From positions 10,317 through 74,316 of the forward strand of contig JBCBSF010000005.1 of assembly GCA_039819325.1 (NCBI GenBank): a stretch of 64,000 nucleotides of DNA, written 5' to 3'. Made by a program: the position numbers and the translations under genes. This document shows, one piece after another, positions 60,994 to 64,000 of the stretch (the first letter of the stretch is position 1; each line of letters starts with the position of its first letter). The stretch comes from Pseudomonadota bacterium (GTDB taxonomy: Bacteria > Pseudomonadota > Alphaproteobacteria > Kiloniellales > JACOMY01). Below the pieces are notes generated by a model. The model was not told the DNA's origin, made no database searches, and saw nothing but the letters and a program-made list of their open reading frames with translations.

Positions 60994-62489
60994 ACCTGCA
61001 TCAGCCGAGCCCACCAACGGCGGCAGTCATCGGCTCCGGTTTCGGCGGCCTGGCACTGGCCATCCGTCTGCAAAGCGCTGGTGTTGCGACAACGATCTTC
61101 GAGGCCCGCGACAAGCCAGGCGGACGGGCCTACGTCTATGAAGACCAGGGCTTTGTCTTCGATGCGGGCCCCACCGTCATTACCGACCCCGACTGCCTGG
61201 AACAGCTCTGGGCGCTCGCCGGGCGTAAGCTCTCGGACTGCGTCGACCTCATGCCGGTCTCGCCCTTCTACCGGCTCTGCTGGGAAGACGGCACGATCTT
61301 CGATTACGACGGCGACCAGGCCACGATCGACGCCCAGATCGCCGCCATCAATCCTAAGGATGTCGAGGGCTATAAGCGGCTGCTGTCCTACTCCCAGGAT
61401 CTCTACCGCGAAGGCTACGAGCGCTTGGGCACGGTCCCTTTCTTGAGCTTCTGGTCGATGATGCGTGAAGCCCCGACCTTAGTGCGTCTGGACAGCCACA
61501 AGAGCGTCTACGCCAAGGTTTCGGAGTTCCTAGAGAACGAGAAGCTACGCCAGGCCTTCAGCTTCCACACGCTTCTGGTCGGCGGCAATCCCTTTTCCAC
61601 CTCCGCCATCTATGCACTGATCCACGCCTTGGAGCGCAAAGGGCGCGTCTGGTTCCCACGAGGCGGCACCGGTGCACTGATCCGCGCCATGGTCCGGCTG
61701 TTCCAGGATCTGGGCGGGGTCATCCGCCTCTCCTCGCCGGTTGAACAGATTACCACGCTGGCCGACAGGGCCACCGGCGTGGTCGTCGGCGGGCAGGCCC
61801 TGCCCTTCGACAGCGTGGCCTCGAACGCCGACGTGGTGCACACCTACAAAGACCTGCTGGGGGAGACCAAACGCGGTGCAGCCAAGACGCGGACCCTGGA
61901 GCGCAAGCGCTATTCCATGTCGCTCTTCGTCGTCTACTTTGGGCTGAAGCGCGAGCATCCCCAGTTGAAGCACCACATGGTACTCTTCGGCCCGCGCTAC
62001 CGGGAGCTCCTGTCCGACATCTTCGGCGCGGATCGTCTGGCTGAGGACTTCTCGCTCTATCTGCACGCACCTTCTGTCAGCGATGCCTCTTTGGCGCCGA
62101 CTGGTTCCTCCGCCTACTACGTGCTCTCGCCCGTCCCGCACCTCGGCACCGCCCCGATTGACTGGGAAAGCGCCGGTCCACTCTACCGCGACCGCATCCT
62201 GCAGTATCTGGAAGAGCGCTACATCCCCGACCTGAGCCGCGATCTGGTGACGGTCCGTCACTTCACACCGCTGGATTTCCGCGACGTCTTGAAGGCGCAC
62301 CTCGGCAGCGCCTTTTCGGTCGAGCCCATCCTGACGCAAAGCGCCTGGTTCCGCCCGCACAACCGAGATGAAGTCATCTCCAACCTCTACATTGTCGGCG
62401 CCGGCACACATCCGGGCGCCGGCATCCCAGGCGTTGTCGGCTCCGCCAAGGCCACGGCGGGCTTGATGATCGAGAGTCTGGTCGGCTAG
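60990..62489 (+). CDS. crtI: phytoene desaturase
   Basis: AAVIGSGFGGLALAIRLQSAGVATTIFEARDKPGGRAY and C-terminal LYIVGAGTHPGAGIPGV. Confidence 0.9.
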   Translation: MNLHQPSPPTAAVIGSGFGGLALAIRLQSAGVATTIFEARDKPGGRAYVYEDQGFVFDAGPTVITDPDCLEQLWALAGRKLSDCVDLMPVSPFYRLCWEDGTIFDYDGDQATIDAQIAAINPKDVEGYKRLLSYSQDLYREGYERLGTVPFLSFWSMMREAPTLVRLDSHKSVYAKVSEFLENEKLRQAFSFHTLLVGGNPFSTSAIYALIHALERKGRVWFPRGGTGALIRAMVRLFQDLGGVIRLSSPVEQITTLADRATGVVVGGQALPFDSVASNADVVHTYKDLLGETKRGAAKTRTLERKRYSMSLFVVYFGLKREHPQLKHHMVLFGPRYRELLSDIFGADRLAEDFSLYLHAPSVSDASLAPTGSSAYYVLSPVPHLGTAPIDWESAGPLYRDRILQYLEERYIPDLSRDLVTVRHFTPLDFRDVLKAHLGSAFSVEPILTQSAWFRPHNRDEVISNLYIVGAGTHPGAGIPGVVGSAKATAGLMIESLVG

Positions 62490-62956
62490 TCCGAGCGCTG
62501 CAGCTCCCTTCTGATCTCCGCCACTGGACGGGCGAAGAGAAAGCCGAAGGAGACGGCGCCCTCCTTGGTGTTGACCGCGTGGTGCAGGCGGTGCGCTTGA
62601 TAGAGACGCCGGAGATAGCCGGAGCGCGGCACGTAGCGGAAGGGCCAGCGCTGATGCACCAAGCCATCGTGGACCAGGTAGTAGAGCAGCCCGTAGACCG
62701 AGAGCCCGACACCGACCCAGAGCAGCGGCATGAAGAAGAGACTGCCCAGAACGCAGAGCGCCGTCGAGAGCGCGGCGAAGGGCAGGCTGTAGAGGTCATT
62801 GCGCTCGAAGTAGCCCTTGCGCGCTTCGTGGTGGGAGCGGTGCCAGCCCCAGCCCCAACCGTGCATAACATGACGATGGATCCAAGCAGCCGCCACCTCT
62901 GTCGCGATGACGGTCGCGAGGATGATCGCCGCTGGTATGGCCAGGTCCTCGATCAT
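62486..62956 (-). CDS. crtZ: beta-carotene 3-hydroxylase
   Basis: HRHVMHGWGWGWHRSHH and LVHDGLVHQRWPF...HRLHH histidine boxes. The ATG at 62956 overlaps the crtW stop. Confidence 0.85.
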   Translation of the reverse strand: MIEDLAIPAAIILATVIATEVAAAWIHRHVMHGWGWGWHRSHHEARKGYFERNDLYSLPFAALSTALCVLGSLFFMPLLWVGVGLSVYGLLYYLVHDGLVHQRWPFRYVPRSGYLRRLYQAHRLHHAVNTKEGAVSFGFLFARPVAEIRRELQRSD

Positions 62957-63684
62957 GCCGCCATCACCTTGCGTGCGGCCGCCGGCAGCCGCCACCAGGG
63001 GACAGCAGGCTGCAGGTGATGCGTCTGATGATGGCCGAAGTGGAAGCAGGTCAGCAGCGACCAGTGCCAGGGCAGGGTCGAATGGCGGGTGCGGTGCTTG
63101 TCCGCGAAAGGGACGGCCGTGTGGCGATGCGGCACGAAGGTGCCGTAGTAGAAGAGCTGTGCCGAGGAGAGGATGGCCGGCAGCGCCCAGAAGGGCAGCA
63201 CCAGGACGGCACGCTCCTGCAGAAGCCAGCCCATAAGCAAAGACACGGCGCTCAGCAGCGCGAACTCACGCAGTCCGAAGTAGCGCCGGAAGAAGGCCCA
63301 GTACCAGGGCCAGAAGCGCGTGGGATCGCTGTCGTAGAAGTCTGGATCGCGCGCCGTCCCAGGGTAGCGGTGGTGATCGCCATGCGCAGCCGCCAGGGCC
63401 CGGTAGGAAAAGCCGGCATAGACGGCGACGCAGAGCCCGCCGATGAGACCATTCAGGTGCGGCATGGCTGGTGACAAGCTGCCATGCATGGCGTCGTGGG
63501 CGACGATGAAGATACCAACGTAGAGCCAGCACTGAAGGGCCATCGCCAGCGGCGCAAGCGGCCACCAAACCGCCCAGTCGACGAAGACGAGGTTCACAAC
63601 AAGCAGCCCAGCCCAGGTCCCCAAAATCAGGACGGCCAAACCAACGCCAATCAGCGTGTCCCGGCGCTTCTCTCTATTGGTCAC
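62953..63684 (-). CDS. crtW: beta-carotene 4-ketolase
   Basis: 243 aa with a GTG start. Histidine boxes HDAMHGS, HGDHHRYPG and FGHHQTHH, plus the PWWRLP tail typical of CrtW. Confidence 0.85.
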   Translation of the reverse strand: MTNREKRRDTLIGVGLAVLILGTWAGLLVVNLVFVDWAVWWPLAPLAMALQCWLYVGIFIVAHDAMHGSLSPAMPHLNGLIGGLCVAVYAGFSYRALAAAHGDHHRYPGTARDPDFYDSDPTRFWPWYWAFFRRYFGLREFALLSAVSLLMGWLLQERAVLVLPFWALPAILSSAQLFYYGTFVPHRHTAVPFADKHRTRHSTLPWHWSLLTCFHFGHHQTHHLQPAVPWWRLPAAARKVMAA

Positions 63685-63703
63685 GCTACGTGACCATTGT
63701 TAC

Positions 63704-63784
63704 GGCACCGGCCCGCTCCCCCTCCCGGCCACCCAGTCCAGGATACTTTCGTTGGGTGGCCGGGCGGGGGAGCGGGCTGGTGCC
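63704..63784. repeat. intact REP-like 81-nt palindromic element
   Basis: Arm GGCACCGGCCCGCTCCCCCTCCCGGCCACCCA (63704-63735), 17-nt loop GTCCAGGATACTTTCGT, arm TGGGTGGCCGGGCGGGGGAGCGGGCTGGTGCC (63753-63784). 30/32 positions are complementary. Same family as the IS-interrupted copy. Confidence 0.85.
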
Positions 63785-63817
63785 GAAGCGATGCGCCCAG
63801 CGCATAGCCGCCTCTTG

Positions 63818-64000
63818 TCAGAGCTGCAGTCTCCATTGCGATAATTTAACCGCTGCGGCCGTGCCGACCAGGGCCAAAGCGAGGAGCGCGGCGATCTGCA
63901 CCCAGACCTCGCCTAAGCTCAAGTCACGGGTCAGCAGGCCCTGATAGAGTTCGATCACCCAGGCGTTGGGGGAGATCACGCCGATGTCGCGCAGCCAGTC
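63818..64000 (-). CDS. 3-prime end of an ABC-2-type transporter permease gene (partial, runs off the window)
   Basis: Hand translation of the open frame gives ...DWLRDIGVISPNAWVIELYQGLLTRD...VQIAALLALALVGTAAAVKLSQWRLQL*. The ISPNxW..E.YQG motif and terminal TM helix resemble ABC-2 permease C-termini. Confidence 0.4.
   Translation of the reverse strand, partial: DWLRDIGVISPNAWVIELYQGLLTRDLSLGEVWVQIAALLALALVGTAAAVKLSQWRLQL

Overview
This is a visibly GC-rich chromosomal segment with alphaproteobacterial-type gene content and synteny (ctaA, TPR-ispE, apaG-folE, ETF-QO, ettA, TRAP and hmu systems). I support about 58 protein-coding genes, tRNA-Gly(CCC), tRNA-Gln(UUG), one insertion sequence and two unrelated long palindromic repeat elements. 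Main blocks:
- Housekeeping genes (PBP5-type carboxypeptidase, ribF, argE, trkH, folE, apaG).
- A YnjBCD-like ABC importer led by a Tat-exported ferritin-like protein.
- ctaA translationally coupled to a His-rich COG0523 GTPase.
- A small lower-GC islet with a TerB-like gene and a ParDE toxin-antitoxin pair.
- A 1407-bp IS1111-like (IS110-family) element inserted in a REP-like palindrome.
- A TRAP-transporter operon with panB-like, epoxide-hydrolase-like and PhyH genes.
- A complete heme-uptake locus, hemP-hmuRSTUV with a divergent, unusually long tonB. hemP is 59 aa and absent from the supplied ORF track.
- Astaxanthin-type carotenoid genes (crtY-crtI convergent with crtW-crtZ).

The most interesting signal is the IS element. 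Its empty target site can be reconstructed from an intact paralogous palindrome at 63.7 kb. Its 291-nt 3' non-coding end contains short segments identical to the sequence spanning the insertion junction, as expected for a bridge/seek guide RNA.

I did not find a clear multi-gene system of a wholly new kind. Other leads are gene fusions, gene couplings and operons of unknown function. All calls rest on motif recognition by eye, with no database search. Most long antisense ORFs in the track are GC-driven shadows and were ignored.
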